From: an uncultured bacterium
GTDB taxonomy: Bacteria > Margulisbacteria > Termititenacia > Termititenacales > CAYUXF01
DNA: 60,866 bases
Assembly: GCA_964448755.1 (NCBI GenBank)
Contig: CAYUXF010000001.1
Coordinates: 1 to 60,866, forward strand
Direction: 5' to 3'
Under the pieces are notes generated by a model that was not told the origin of the DNA, searched no databases, and saw only the letters and a program-made list of their open reading frames with translations. How positions within the stretch are numbered: the first letter of the stretch is position 1; every line of letters starts with the position of its first letter. The position numbers and the translations under genes were made by a program. Below, one piece after another: positions 26,497 to 35,352 of this stretch.

Positions 26497-27489
26497 TTAG
26501 TTTTTATATGGCGGACGATATATTTCTAAAAACGGCTGCTTTTTAAATGAATGTATCAATCTGCCCTTGAAAAGTGTATTGGGCACAGAAAGAGAATCCG
26601 CTATTTTGTGTTGAAAGAACAATGGTATTTTTCCGCCAAAAAACTGAAAATTAAGCGAACTAAAGCCTAGTAAACGTTCAAAAAACTTCATTTCAACATC
26701 TTTAAATTGTTCATTAAGTGTCGGGACAATTTCTTGATAATACAAGTGCAAAAACATATTTTTTGCCTTTAAGCCCATTGTTGATATTTTCTCTTTTCTT
26801 AGCGCCTGATCGTTACTCAATACCGAGCAAGAAATAAAAAAATCAAGTGCTCGAGTAGAAATAAAAGGGACCAGACAATGAAAATTTATCTCTGTCTGCG
26901 GAAAGATATCGCGAAGAGTTCTGCTTAGCTCCCACATAGTGTCGTATAAATGCTGGCCTGAATAAGCACAATCGTCAGCAATAACAAGGTTTAATGGTCT
27001 CTTCTTATCATGTAATTTATGCTCTTTAGGTATATTATTTTTTTGAAGTAATTCTTTTTCAAATAACAACTCTGCAACCCAACTCATACTTGTTGTTTTA
27101 AGCTCTGGCAAATAGCTATAGTATTTTTCTTCGCCAATTTTCAATAAAAATTCTAAAGCAACAGCCTCTAATTTTTGCTCAAAATAGTCCTGGTCAATAT
27201 AACGCAAATGTTCAATAAAAAAGCGGGCAGTAGGCTGCAGCATTTTAGGATGCTGCCTGATCCATTCAGCCGCAAGATCAGGTTTTAAAAAATTACCGGA
27301 AAAAGGACGCGGCACTATTTTTTCTAATTCGACAGGAGTTTCCTTGGCATATTCTAAATAAGTTCTCTTGATAGCTGTTTTTGACGCCAGCGACATAGAA
27401 ACGCCTCGCTGTAATTCAATCTCATTAATAACGGCATCTACGCTATGTTGGCGTTCTTGTTCAGCAAATTTTATAAGCTTTTTATGCAT
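26497..27489 (-). CDS. hypothetical protein (AT-rich orphan; PRTase-like LVIADDCAYSGQ signature, unverified)
   Basis: 330-aa uninterrupted ORF. No clear Shine-Dalgarno. No assignable family beyond a hydrophobic-DD-xxx-SG motif. Confidence 0.5.
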   Translation of the reverse strand: MHKKLIKFAEQERQHSVDAVINEIELQRGVSMSLASKTAIKRTYLEYAKETPVELEKIVPRPFSGNFLKPDLAAEWIRQHPKMLQPTARFFIEHLRYIDQDYFEQKLEAVALEFLLKIGEEKYYSYLPELKTTSMSWVAELLFEKELLQKNNIPKEHKLHDKKRPLNLVIADDCAYSGQHLYDTMWELSRTLRDIFPQTEINFHCLVPFISTRALDFFISCSVLSNDQALRKEKISTMGLKAKNMFLHLYYQEIVPTLNEQFKDVEMKFFERLLGFSSLNFQFFGGKIPLFFQHKIADSLSVPNTLFKGRLIHSFKKQPFLEIYRPPYKN

Positions 27490-27561
27490 CTTGGTAACAC
27501 GCTATCGAAAGATCTTATCGTGCGTTTCAATAATTAGGCAAATTAATCTATAAACTTAATC

Positions 27562-27582
27562 TGGAGCCGAGAACAGGAGTTG
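27562..27582 (-). repeat. direct repeat of the tRNA-Thr 3' end
   Basis: 17/17 identity with 27752-27768, and 20/21 over 27562-27582 versus 27752-27772. Confidence 0.9.
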
Positions 27583-27751
27583 TTCTTTCGTCTCCCTCGC
27601 TATTGTGCCACAATAGCAGCACGCTCGGTCGCTGCAGAGACGCAGCCTCATCGTCCGCCAATGCGGACTTCTTGCGGCCTTTCAACTCCTTCTCGATATG
27701 CCACTGGCATATCTCGTCTGGTCTATGGACTATCTGTCTGAAAATAAGCCT
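27562..27751 (-). ncRNA. candidate structured RNA / tRNA-derived element ending in a copy of the tRNA-Thr 3' end
   Basis: Visibly GC-richer than its flanks. Four perfect hairpins (27599-27617, 27631-27646, 27653-27668, 27695-27713). A 7-bp long-range helix pairs 27576-27582 with 27683-27689. The 3' terminus (minus strand) is CCTGTTCTCGGCTCCA, identical to the tRNA-Thr end. Confidence 0.3.
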
Positions 27752-27827
27752 TGGAGCCGAGAACAGGAATTGAACCTGCGACCTTCGCATTACGAATGCG
27801 CTGCTCTACCAGCTGAGCTATCCCGGC
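27752..27827 (-). tRNA. tRNA-Thr, anticodon CGT (encoded CCA)
   Basis: Reverse complement: GCCGGGA TA GCTC AGCTGGTA GAGC A GCGCA TTCGTAA TGCGA AGGTC GCAGG TTCAATT CCTGT TCTCGGC T CCA. This is a canonical cloverleaf. Confidence 0.9.
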
Positions 27828-27852
27828 TTGAGACTATAGATTAATTTTAAAA

Positions 27853-29469
27853 TTATAATTTAAGCTTATTGACATCAATGGCATTTTTTAATGCCTCTTC
27901 AGCCTCTTTTTTCAAGTTCTCCTCTGCCTCAATCTGTTTACTGGCAATCTCTTCTGCAATTTCCGCTTTTTTCTCTTCCACTACAGCGGTGGCCTGAGCT
28001 TTAACTTCTTCGGTTTTTTTAGCGATCTCTTTATTTACCTGTTCTTTAGCCTGCAAAAGAGCGCTTTCTAAATGTTGAGCGGCTGACTTTGAAAAATCAA
28101 CGGAGATCAGCGGAAAGTCACCTTCCACTTTAACTAAGCCCAGTGACGGCTTTCCCTCTAGCATTTTTAACTCTAAGAAAAACTCTTTAAAACTTTTGCC
28201 CTCTATAGACTTTAAAAAATCACGTCCGCCAGCAAGAATCGCGCCGGAAACATATTTACCATCGCGCACACTGACATTGGCAAAACCAGAGATCTTCTTC
28301 GGCTGTCTGAGCTGGCCGGCAAATTCACCATCGGTCAACATCACACCTTCAACAAAGTCTTTAATATCCAGCGCTTCATCAAGGAAAGCTGCGGCATCAA
28401 CAGCGTTAATATTAATTTTGGTTTTAAAATCAGGGGCCGGATTGCTTAAATTGCCATTGGCCAACAATTTAACCGAGCCCTTATAAAGCAACGCTTCCGC
28501 TTCAAAATCATAGAGCAATTTATTAAGCGAAGCTTTAGCTTTAACATTCTGTACTTTTAACTTTTTATTTTGAAATTCCTTTAAATTAAAAATAAAATCC
28601 AACTTAATATTTTTTAAGAACATAAAATCCAGCGGCAGTTCATCCACAGCCACAGTTGATTTTTTAGCTACTTTCTCTTTTGCGGCCGGTTCCTGCTCAG
28701 CCACAAACGGAGCTAATAATTTATCTAAAACGATCTTATCTATATTGAGCTCAAGATCTGCCGTATTAAAATTTGGCATTTTACCCTGTAATTCTATTTT
28801 TGTTTTTTCACCGTCCGCTAATAATTTTAATGAAGCCGTTAATTTCAACGGTTTATATTTAAGTTCGCTAGAAAAATCATTGACTACCAGATTAATATCT
28901 TTAACTTGCAGCGTTTTAGCGTTAACGTGATTAATTATATCGATATTAGAATTTGTAAAAAAGATTCTGCTAACCTTTATTTCCAGCGGAGTTTCAACTT
29001 TTACATCAATTGCTTTAATATCTTTCATCTCGGTTTTAGGCGCTGCCGCTTTTTTAACTGGTTCTTGTTTTTTGCTGCCGCCAAGCCCATCAAAATTAGA
29101 AGCCTTTTCTTTTAATTCAACTAATAGATCAAGCCCATCTAAACCGGCGGCGGTAATAACCACTTTCTTCTGAGCAATCAAAGGCCAGAGCTTATATTTT
29201 AAAGCAATGTCTTTAATAACAACCATTGGCCGGGCACTATAACCGGTCGCATTGCCAAGAACTACGCCTTTGAGATGTACCCCAGAAAAAATAGAAAAAG
29301 AAACGTCTTGAATTGAAACCTGGCGGCCGATCTCTCCTTCAGCTTTATCGGCAATTTCATTGGCAATAGCCGTTAAGTTGAGTAATTTAGGCAGAAAAAT
29401 AATAGCCAATACTAATAAAATAAAAATAAAAAAAGCTAACCCAATAAAATACTTTAAAAATTTTTTCAT
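27853..29469 (-). CDS. AsmA-family protein (N-terminal TM anchor, C-terminal Lys/Glu-rich coiled coil)
   Basis: 538 aa. TM anchor followed by an AsmA-like beta-rich region. Assigned from the overall pattern only. Confidence 0.65.
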   Translation of the reverse strand: MKKFLKYFIGLAFFIFILLVLAIIFLPKLLNLTAIANEIADKAEGEIGRQVSIQDVSFSIFSGVHLKGVVLGNATGYSARPMVVIKDIALKYKLWPLIAQKKVVITAAGLDGLDLLVELKEKASNFDGLGGSKKQEPVKKAAAPKTEMKDIKAIDVKVETPLEIKVSRIFFTNSNIDIINHVNAKTLQVKDINLVVNDFSSELKYKPLKLTASLKLLADGEKTKIELQGKMPNFNTADLELNIDKIVLDKLLAPFVAEQEPAAKEKVAKKSTVAVDELPLDFMFLKNIKLDFIFNLKEFQNKKLKVQNVKAKASLNKLLYDFEAEALLYKGSVKLLANGNLSNPAPDFKTKININAVDAAAFLDEALDIKDFVEGVMLTDGEFAGQLRQPKKISGFANVSVRDGKYVSGAILAGGRDFLKSIEGKSFKEFFLELKMLEGKPSLGLVKVEGDFPLISVDFSKSAAQHLESALLQAKEQVNKEIAKKTEEVKAQATAVVEEKKAEIAEEIASKQIEAEENLKKEAEEALKNAIDVNKLKL

Positions 29470-29522
29470 TGTTATTTCCTCCTGAAAAAATAGGTTATGT
29501 ATTTTAACATAATTTTAGAATT

Positions 29523-30758
29523 CTAAAACAGCAAACGGTTTTTCCGCATAATTATCGACTGGATAATACCCAGTGCTGCCCAAAAAAGAAACAGCGAAGA
29601 GCCACCATAAGAAATAAAAGGCAACGGCAGCCCAACTACCGGCATAATACCGATATTCATGCCTATATTAACAAACACCTGAAAGATCAACATGGCAGCA
29701 ATTCCCACGGTTAAAAGAACTGCAAACTCATCATTGGTCTCTTTGGTCAAATTGATTAACCTATAAACCAAATAGGCAAAAAGCCCCACTATTAAAAGAG
29801 AAAACAAGAAACCGCCCTCTTCGGCAATAACCGAAAAAATAAAGTCAGTATGCTGCTGGGGAATATACTTTAAACGATTAAGCGGTCCCCTCAACAAGCC
29901 CTGACCAAAAAATCCACCAGAACCGGCGGCAATAGTAGACTTAACCAGGTGATAGCGAACGCCGCGCGCCAGGGGGTCTATTTCCGGATCAAAAAAAGCC
30001 AGCAATCTATTGCGCTGATATGGTGCTAAGGCAGACCAAAAAAGTGGTGAAAAAATACCGGAAAAAATATTAAAACTAAAAAAAACTATTTTATCAAAAA
30101 GTTTAATTTTCTTATAAAACATCAAGATCAATAATAAAAGCAAATAGATCGCCCAAAAAATATACGAGTATTTATTAAGAGAATACATCATCAGGATGCT
30201 GATCAGCGGCGAAACTAAAAACAATAAACGGCTAATACCAAAATTAGACCAAAACAGCATAGCAGAGAAGACCACTAACAAAACGATCCCGGTCCCGAGA
30301 TCTGGCTGTTTAAAAACCAGGACAAAAGGGATCAACGCCAATAAGAAGATCGGCAAACTGGACCAGAGAGAGGTAAGTTTAGTTTTATTCAACTCTAAAT
30401 ATCTGGCAATAATTATTATTAAAAAAATTTTCATTAACTCCGAAGGCTGAAAAGAAAAACCCCCAAGGGCAAGCCAGCGCTGAGCGCCATATACCGCCTG
30501 TCCGCTATTCATGACCAAGATCAAAAAAAATAATCCCAGTAAATACAATTCTTCCGAGAGCTTCCTATATAAATTATAATTTATGCTGCTGAGAACAAAA
30601 AATAAAATCAGCGAACAAAGAAAATAAACCGCCTGTTTTTTTAAAAAAAAGATTCCACCTGCCGAATAAATAAAAAACAACCCCAAGAGAGAAAGCACTA
30701 ATGCAGCAACAAACAATTTATAGTCAAAATACTTAAAATATCTATATTTTTCCGACAT
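29523..30758 (-). CDS. rodA: rod-shape-determining SEDS protein RodA
   Basis: The ATG at 30758 is preceded by AGGAG. FtsW/RodA/SpoVE motifs (QPSELMK, the PQQHTDFIFS region, LPFISYGGSS). Downstream of PBP2. Confidence 0.85.
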   Translation of the reverse strand: MSEKYRYFKYFDYKLFVAALVLSLLGLFFIYSAGGIFFLKKQAVYFLCSLILFFVLSSINYNLYRKLSEELYLLGLFFLILVMNSGQAVYGAQRWLALGGFSFQPSELMKIFLIIIIARYLELNKTKLTSLWSSLPIFLLALIPFVLVFKQPDLGTGIVLLVVFSAMLFWSNFGISRLLFLVSPLISILMMYSLNKYSYIFWAIYLLLLLILMFYKKIKLFDKIVFFSFNIFSGIFSPLFWSALAPYQRNRLLAFFDPEIDPLARGVRYHLVKSTIAAGSGGFFGQGLLRGPLNRLKYIPQQHTDFIFSVIAEEGGFLFSLLIVGLFAYLVYRLINLTKETNDEFAVLLTVGIAAMLIFQVFVNIGMNIGIMPVVGLPLPFISYGGSSLFLFWAALGIIQSIIMRKNRLLF

Positions 30759-32502
30759 GGTTACTCCTGTGTTTATACCACCAGGCATATATTTGGCCTG
30801 ATATTTCCGCCGCTTTCTCGCCGCCGGCGCCGCCCTCTTCTACAAAAACAGCCATGGCTATCTCCGGCTCTTCATAAGGAGCAAAAGAAACAAACCAGGC
30901 ATGAGCTTTTTTCTGCGCACCGTGTTCAGCCGTGCCGGTTTTGCCGCAAACATTAAAACCCTGAACCAGTGCCCGCTTACCGGTACCGTTAGCAACAACA
31001 TCTTGCATTAAACTCTTTAATTTAAGTCTGTTCTCCGCTTGAAAAGGCAGTTCCCCTGTTAATTCACGGCCATTTTCCAAAAGAACTTTACCGGAAGGGG
31101 CAATTATTTTACGAGCTAAATAAGGCTTAAAAATATAGCCGTTCTCATTAGCTAAAGCCGAAGCGGCCAAGGCCATTTGCAGCGGCGAAACTAAAATATA
31201 GCCCTGCCCAATTGCCATATTGAGAGAATCGCCAGGATACCAGGGGAGGTCATATTTTCTTTTTTTCCAGCGTTCGGTAGGGATCAATCCTTTTTCCTCA
31301 TAAGGAAGATCAATATTGGTCGGTAAACCAAAACCAAAGCCAACTGCCGTCTCCGCTATTTTCTGCGGACCGAGCATTAAGCCAAGATTATAAAAAACAA
31401 CATTGCAGGAATTAATAAAACCTTGCCAGAGATCAAGATTGCCGTGCCCATGCCCTAGCCAGCAATCAAATTTTCTTTTTCCCAGATAAAAAGCACCAGG
31501 ACAATAATAACGTTGTTTCCTATTAAATAGTTTATCCTGCAAAGCAGTCATTAAAGTAACTATTTTAAAAGTTGAACCTGGGGGATAACCGGTCAAGACA
31601 CGGTTATGTAAAGGATGATCACTTTTTAAAATTTCCTGCCACTCTTTTTCCGTTAAAATATCGGTAAAATAATTCGGGTCATAATCTGGTTTAGAGACCA
31701 TGGCCAGCACCTCGCCGCTATCGACAGCCAAAACGACCACGCCGCCTTTATTGTTGGCAAAAATTTCCTCCACCTTGCTTTGCAGTGCCAGATCGATAGT
31801 CAAATAAAGATTAGCGCCAGGAATGGGCTCAAAAGCCATCAGTTCTTTAATTGGATTTCCCAGCGGATCAACCTCCAGCGGCTGCCCGCCATTAATACCT
31901 TTAAGATAATGATCGTAGTATTTTTCAACACCGGCCATCCCAACAATATCACCTAATTTATAACCGTATTTTTTTAGATAACTCAGCTCTTTCTTGCTGA
32001 TCTCTCCGACATACCCCAATAAATGTGCGGCAATTCGTCGGTTGGGATAATTTCTCACTATCCGGGAGCTCAACACAACGCCTGGCAAATTTTTACCCAG
32101 CTCTTCTAAATAAGAAATAGCCCTAATATCTAGATTGCTTTTTAAAAGCAAAGGTTCATAAGGTAAGTAATTTTTTTTATTTATTTTCTCGCGTAAATTA
32201 TCTGTTTTCAGGCCGATCTGCTGCAAGACAGCAAAAACTTTTTCCGGCTCTTTCATTTGATAGGGAACAAGATAAAGATCATAAATAATCCTGCTCTCCG
32301 CCAAAACATTGCCATAGCGATCATAGATACAGCCACGCGAAGCAATATGTGTAATGACTCTAGCCCGGATACTTTCCGAAAGCGTCTGATAATCGCGCTG
32401 TTTAATAATTTGAATATAAAACAACCGCAAAACCAAAACCGTCAGCAGTAAGCTTACGGCAGCTATAGTTATAAAAAAACTTTTCTCCTGATTATTCTTC
32501 AT
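30742..32502 (-). CDS. mrdA: penicillin-binding protein 2 (elongasome transpeptidase)
   Basis: 586 aa. STFK, SCN and KTGT motifs. mreC-mreD-mrdA-rodA gene order. Confidence 0.9.
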   Translation of the reverse strand: MKNNQEKSFFITIAAVSLLLTVLVLRLFYIQIIKQRDYQTLSESIRARVITHIASRGCIYDRYGNVLAESRIIYDLYLVPYQMKEPEKVFAVLQQIGLKTDNLREKINKKNYLPYEPLLLKSNLDIRAISYLEELGKNLPGVVLSSRIVRNYPNRRIAAHLLGYVGEISKKELSYLKKYGYKLGDIVGMAGVEKYYDHYLKGINGGQPLEVDPLGNPIKELMAFEPIPGANLYLTIDLALQSKVEEIFANNKGGVVVLAVDSGEVLAMVSKPDYDPNYFTDILTEKEWQEILKSDHPLHNRVLTGYPPGSTFKIVTLMTALQDKLFNRKQRYYCPGAFYLGKRKFDCWLGHGHGNLDLWQGFINSCNVVFYNLGLMLGPQKIAETAVGFGFGLPTNIDLPYEEKGLIPTERWKKRKYDLPWYPGDSLNMAIGQGYILVSPLQMALAASALANENGYIFKPYLARKIIAPSGKVLLENGRELTGELPFQAENRLKLKSLMQDVVANGTGKRALVQGFNVCGKTGTAEHGAQKKAHAWFVSFAPYEEPEIAMAVFVEEGGAGGEKAAEISGQIYAWWYKHRSNHVGKI

Positions 32503-32941
32503 TTTTTATGCCCCAAAACGGCAAAAAAGACAATATCCACGCAGCTAATAAATTTAAGATCAAGATCTTTAAATAAACAGTAAATCCTAAAAATTTTAGA
32601 TCGGCCAGGAACAAATAGGCCGGAAAAAAGTAAATAAAAAATGTTGCCAAAACAACATTAAAGATCACCAGTATCCGGTAGTTTTTAAAAAAATCACCCG
32701 AGATAAAACCAAAAAGCAAGCCGAGTAAACAATATAAGAAAAAATAAGTTAAAGTGCCGCCCATAAAAAGATCCAGCATTGATCCTGTTAATGCACCCCA
32801 TAAAAAACCTCGCCACCAACCTCGGCCGGAAACTATCAAAAGCAAAAAAACCAGTGGCAGATCTGGCCGCAGAAAAGGAAAATGTAATGATAAAAAGGTT
32901 GTCTGTAAAACTAATAATATTATTAATACTAAAAATGGCAT
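32492..32941 (-). CDS. mreD: rod shape-determining protein MreD
   Basis: 149-aa polytopic membrane protein located between mreC and mrdA. Confidence 0.7.
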   Translation of the reverse strand: MPFLVLIILLVLQTTFLSLHFPFLRPDLPLVFLLLIVSGRGWWRGFLWGALTGSMLDLFMGGTLTYFFLYCLLGLLFGFISGDFFKNYRILVIFNVVLATFFIYFFPAYLFLADLKFLGFTVYLKILILNLLAAWILSFLPFWGIKNEE

Positions 32942-32943
32942 TG

Positions 32944-33741
32944 TTAATTAATTAAAAAAATTATATCTAATTTAGAAAAATCAACAAAAGGCTCGACAAC
33001 AATACGCCTTTGATAACCCTCCAGATTATCTTTAACCAGCTTAATTTTGCCAACCGGCAGATTGCGCGGATATCGAAAACTGTAGCCAGAGGTTAATAAA
33101 ATATCGTCAGCGGCAACGCTAGAATCTTTACTGATATAATTTAATTGAAAAGGTCCATTATTGGCACCAACCAAAACACCGGTCTCCTGTGTACGCGTTA
33201 TCCGGCAGCTGACCTTTACTTCATTATTTGTCAGCAGCATAACTTTAGCAGAATCGGGATAAACTTCGGCAACATAACCGACCAGCCCATCTTCATTAAT
33301 TGCCGCCATCTCAGACCTAACACCGTCTTTAGTCCCTTTGGCTATTGTCACAAAATCATGCCAGTTATCAGGCGAGCGGCCAACTATCTCGGCGGCAATT
33401 AATTGCCCGTTATAATTTTTCTGAAAACTTATTTTTTTACGCAAAAGCGCATTTTCAGAAGCCAGCGCATTGGCAATTTCTTGATAATTTTTCTGTTGAC
33501 GGTACAATATTTGATATTCTTTTTCCTGTGCTTTATTTTTAACAACCTGCAAATAAGTTAAGCGCACGTGGGCAAAAAACTCCTCTATTTTCTTCTCCTG
33601 CGCCTGTAAGTAAACTACTTTATTAAACAGCGGTTTACTTAATTTTTCTGCAGGTAGCCAGGCAATAATTTTAAATATAAAAAAAATAGCGGCTAGGGAA
33701 AAAATTAATTTTAAAAACAATAGTAGATTTTTTTTAAGCAT
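32944..33741 (-). CDS. mreC: rod shape-determining protein MreC
   Basis: 265 aa. N-terminal TM segment, coiled coil, then a beta-barrel region with LLTSGYSFRYPRNLPVGKI. Confidence 0.85.
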   Translation of the reverse strand: MLKKNLLLFLKLIFSLAAIFFIFKIIAWLPAEKLSKPLFNKVVYLQAQEKKIEEFFAHVRLTYLQVVKNKAQEKEYQILYRQQKNYQEIANALASENALLRKKISFQKNYNGQLIAAEIVGRSPDNWHDFVTIAKGTKDGVRSEMAAINEDGLVGYVAEVYPDSAKVMLLTNNEVKVSCRITRTQETGVLVGANNGPFQLNYISKDSSVAADDILLTSGYSFRYPRNLPVGKIKLVKDNLEGYQRRIVVEPFVDFSKLDIIFLIN

Positions 33742-33789
33742 CTTATGTTATTATAAATAAAATTATGTAAATCGGGAACAGGAGAAAAA

Positions 33790-33987
33790 ATGACCCAATT
33801 CATTTATATCAATTGTCCTAATTGCAAAGTAAAAATAAAAATAGATCCTGAGAAAAAATATCACGATTGCCCGGACTGCAAATATGAATTCAAGATAGAT
33901 GATCTAAATAAGGCCACTGCTGCGAAACCATCAACTACTAACGGAGAATCGATCTTTGGCAAATTCATGCGCGAAAAAGGACTTTGA
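33790..33987 (+). CDS. small zinc-ribbon protein
   Basis: 65 aa. CPNC...CPDC pairs. AGGAG Shine-Dalgarno. Confidence 0.5.
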   Translation: MTQFIYINCPNCKVKIKIDPEKKYHDCPDCKYEFKIDDLNKATAAKPSTTNGESIFGKFMREKGL

Positions 33988-33988
33988 A

Positions 33989-34753
33989 CTATCTGAATAA
34001 TTTCCAATGCCAGGGCGGAAAAGTCACATGCGTTACTTTAGTAACAATATTCCTACTCGGAACAAAGCCCCAGTAGCGGCTGTCCGAACTGCCCGGCCGA
34101 TTATCTCCCATCATAAAATAATGGCCTTCCGGAACTTTTAGCGGCCCAAAATAACCAAAATCATCAATAATAGAAAATGGCCATTGAACATACTCGCCAT
34201 TGACCATTAGCTCACCGTTGCGGATCTCAATAATATCACCCGGGAGACCGATACATCTTTTAACATAATCTACACCGCCGCGGCCAGAAGGCAAAAACGT
34301 ATCGGCAGTATAGCCCTGTGTATAATTATTAATAAACTCACGGCCGTCCGCGGCAATATACTTATATTTAGCGGAAGGTCTCGGCTCGAGCGGCGCCTTA
34401 AAAATAATTATCTCAAACCGCTGCGGTGTTTTTTGAAAATCAATTAAATATTTTTTCGTGATAAATTTAGAATTAGAACGATACCAGGGATTGGTAATCA
34501 CAAAAAATATTTTTTTCTTGAACCAAAGTTCATAAAAAGGATTAAAAATACCATAGCGCATTTTATTGGCAACAATAGTATCACCGACTTTAAGCGTAGG
34601 GATCATTGAGCCGGAAGGGATTATAAAAATAGTTAAAAAAACTGCCTTAATAAAAAGAGCTAACGCAATAATCCAGACAAATGACCAGACCGAATCTTTT
34701 TTTTGTTGTTTATTTGGTTGAGCGGCAGTTTTTTTTTTGAACAACCGATCCAT
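33989..34753 (-). CDS. lepB: signal peptidase I
   Basis: 254 aa. PSGSMIPTL (Ser nucleophile), VKRCIGLPGD and GDNRPGSSDSRYWG motifs. Confidence 0.85.
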   Translation of the reverse strand: MDRLFKKKTAAQPNKQQKKDSVWSFVWIIALALFIKAVFLTIFIIPSGSMIPTLKVGDTIVANKMRYGIFNPFYELWFKKKIFFVITNPWYRSNSKFITKKYLIDFQKTPQRFEIIIFKAPLEPRPSAKYKYIAADGREFINNYTQGYTADTFLPSGRGGVDYVKRCIGLPGDIIEIRNGELMVNGEYVQWPFSIIDDFGYFGPLKVPEGHYFMMGDNRPGSSDSRYWGFVPSRNIVTKVTHVTFPPWHWKLFR

Positions 34754-34757
34754 TTAT

Positions 34758-35267
34758 TTATTTAGCTTCTGCGTTATTCTCAACAGCAGCTGCTTCTGTA
34801 GCCTGAGCTTGTTGGGCAGCGGCTTCTTCTTCACGCTTTAAGTTAGCAGCAGCTTCCGCCTTCTTTAATTTTTCTTTTCTGTCTTTAGCTTTATCTGAAG
34901 CGGCTTTAATATTTTTATCAAGATCCTCTTTAACGCGCATAACTTTTGAACCCAATAACTCGCGCAAGTAAAAAAGACGAGAACGTCTTACTTTGCTGTA
35001 CTTAACAACTTCTATTTTATCAACAACTTTTGAATGAATAGGAAAAGATCTCTCGACACCAACACCGTCAACAACTTTGCGGACAGTAACCGCTGCATTT
35101 AAGCCGTTGCCAGAGTGTTTAATAACAATACCCTCGAACATCTGAATGCGCTCTTTTTTACCTTCTACGATCTTAACGTAAACTTTAACATAGTCGCCGG
35201 TTTTATACTTAGGCAGTCCTTGTTTTTTTTGTTTATTTTCTATTTCAGCAATAATTGCATTTTTCAT
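34758..35267 (-). CDS. rplS: 50S ribosomal protein L19 with a 55-aa Lys/Glu/Ala-rich C-terminal extension
   Basis: 169 aa. The L19 core spans residues 1 to about 114 (GDYVKVYVKIVEG...RRSRLFYLR), followed by a low-complexity tail. Confidence 0.9.
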   Translation of the reverse strand: MKNAIIAEIENKQKKQGLPKYKTGDYVKVYVKIVEGKKERIQMFEGIVIKHSGNGLNAAVTVRKVVDGVGVERSFPIHSKVVDKIEVVKYSKVRRSRLFYLRELLGSKVMRVKEDLDKNIKAASDKAKDRKEKLKKAEAAANLKREEEAAAQQAQATEAAAVENNAEAK

Positions 35268-35352
35268 AAATAATCTCCCAAAATTAAGATAATCTAGCCA
35301 AAAAGGACTGATAGTTTATTATAAATTAATACTGTCGTCAACAGTTTTTAGG

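Noticed and set aside
27562-27751. tmRNA (ssrA) hypothesis for the tRNA-adjacent element; one frame reads a tag-like ...ALADDEAASLQ...
   Set aside because: The acceptor is not Ala-type (no GGG start and no G3:U70). There is no GGTTCGA-type T-loop. No stop codon follows the tag-like stretch. At about 190 nt it is far shorter than normal tmRNA.
27562-27768. attL/attR scar of an element integrated into tRNA-Thr, suggested by the 17-bp direct repeat of the tRNA 3' end
   Set aside because: Only 173 bp lie between the repeats. No integrase or other mobility gene is nearby, and I saw no third repeat copy beyond the adjacent orphan gene. A deletion scar cannot be fully excluded, so the repeat is still reported under findings.
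27548-27790. 80-aa ORF in the track that spans the structured element and the 3' half of tRNA-Thr
   Set aside because: It overlaps a canonical tRNA, has no Shine-Dalgarno, and its reading frame runs through perfect RNA hairpins. It is most likely a chance ORF in a GC-rich patch.
34729-34738. Homopolymer A10 (T10 on the plus strand) within codons 5-9 of lepB, considered as a slipped-strand phase-variation tract
   Set aside because: lepB is normally essential, and the tract simply encodes Lys-Lys-Lys in an AT-rich genome. Similar A/T runs are common throughout the window.
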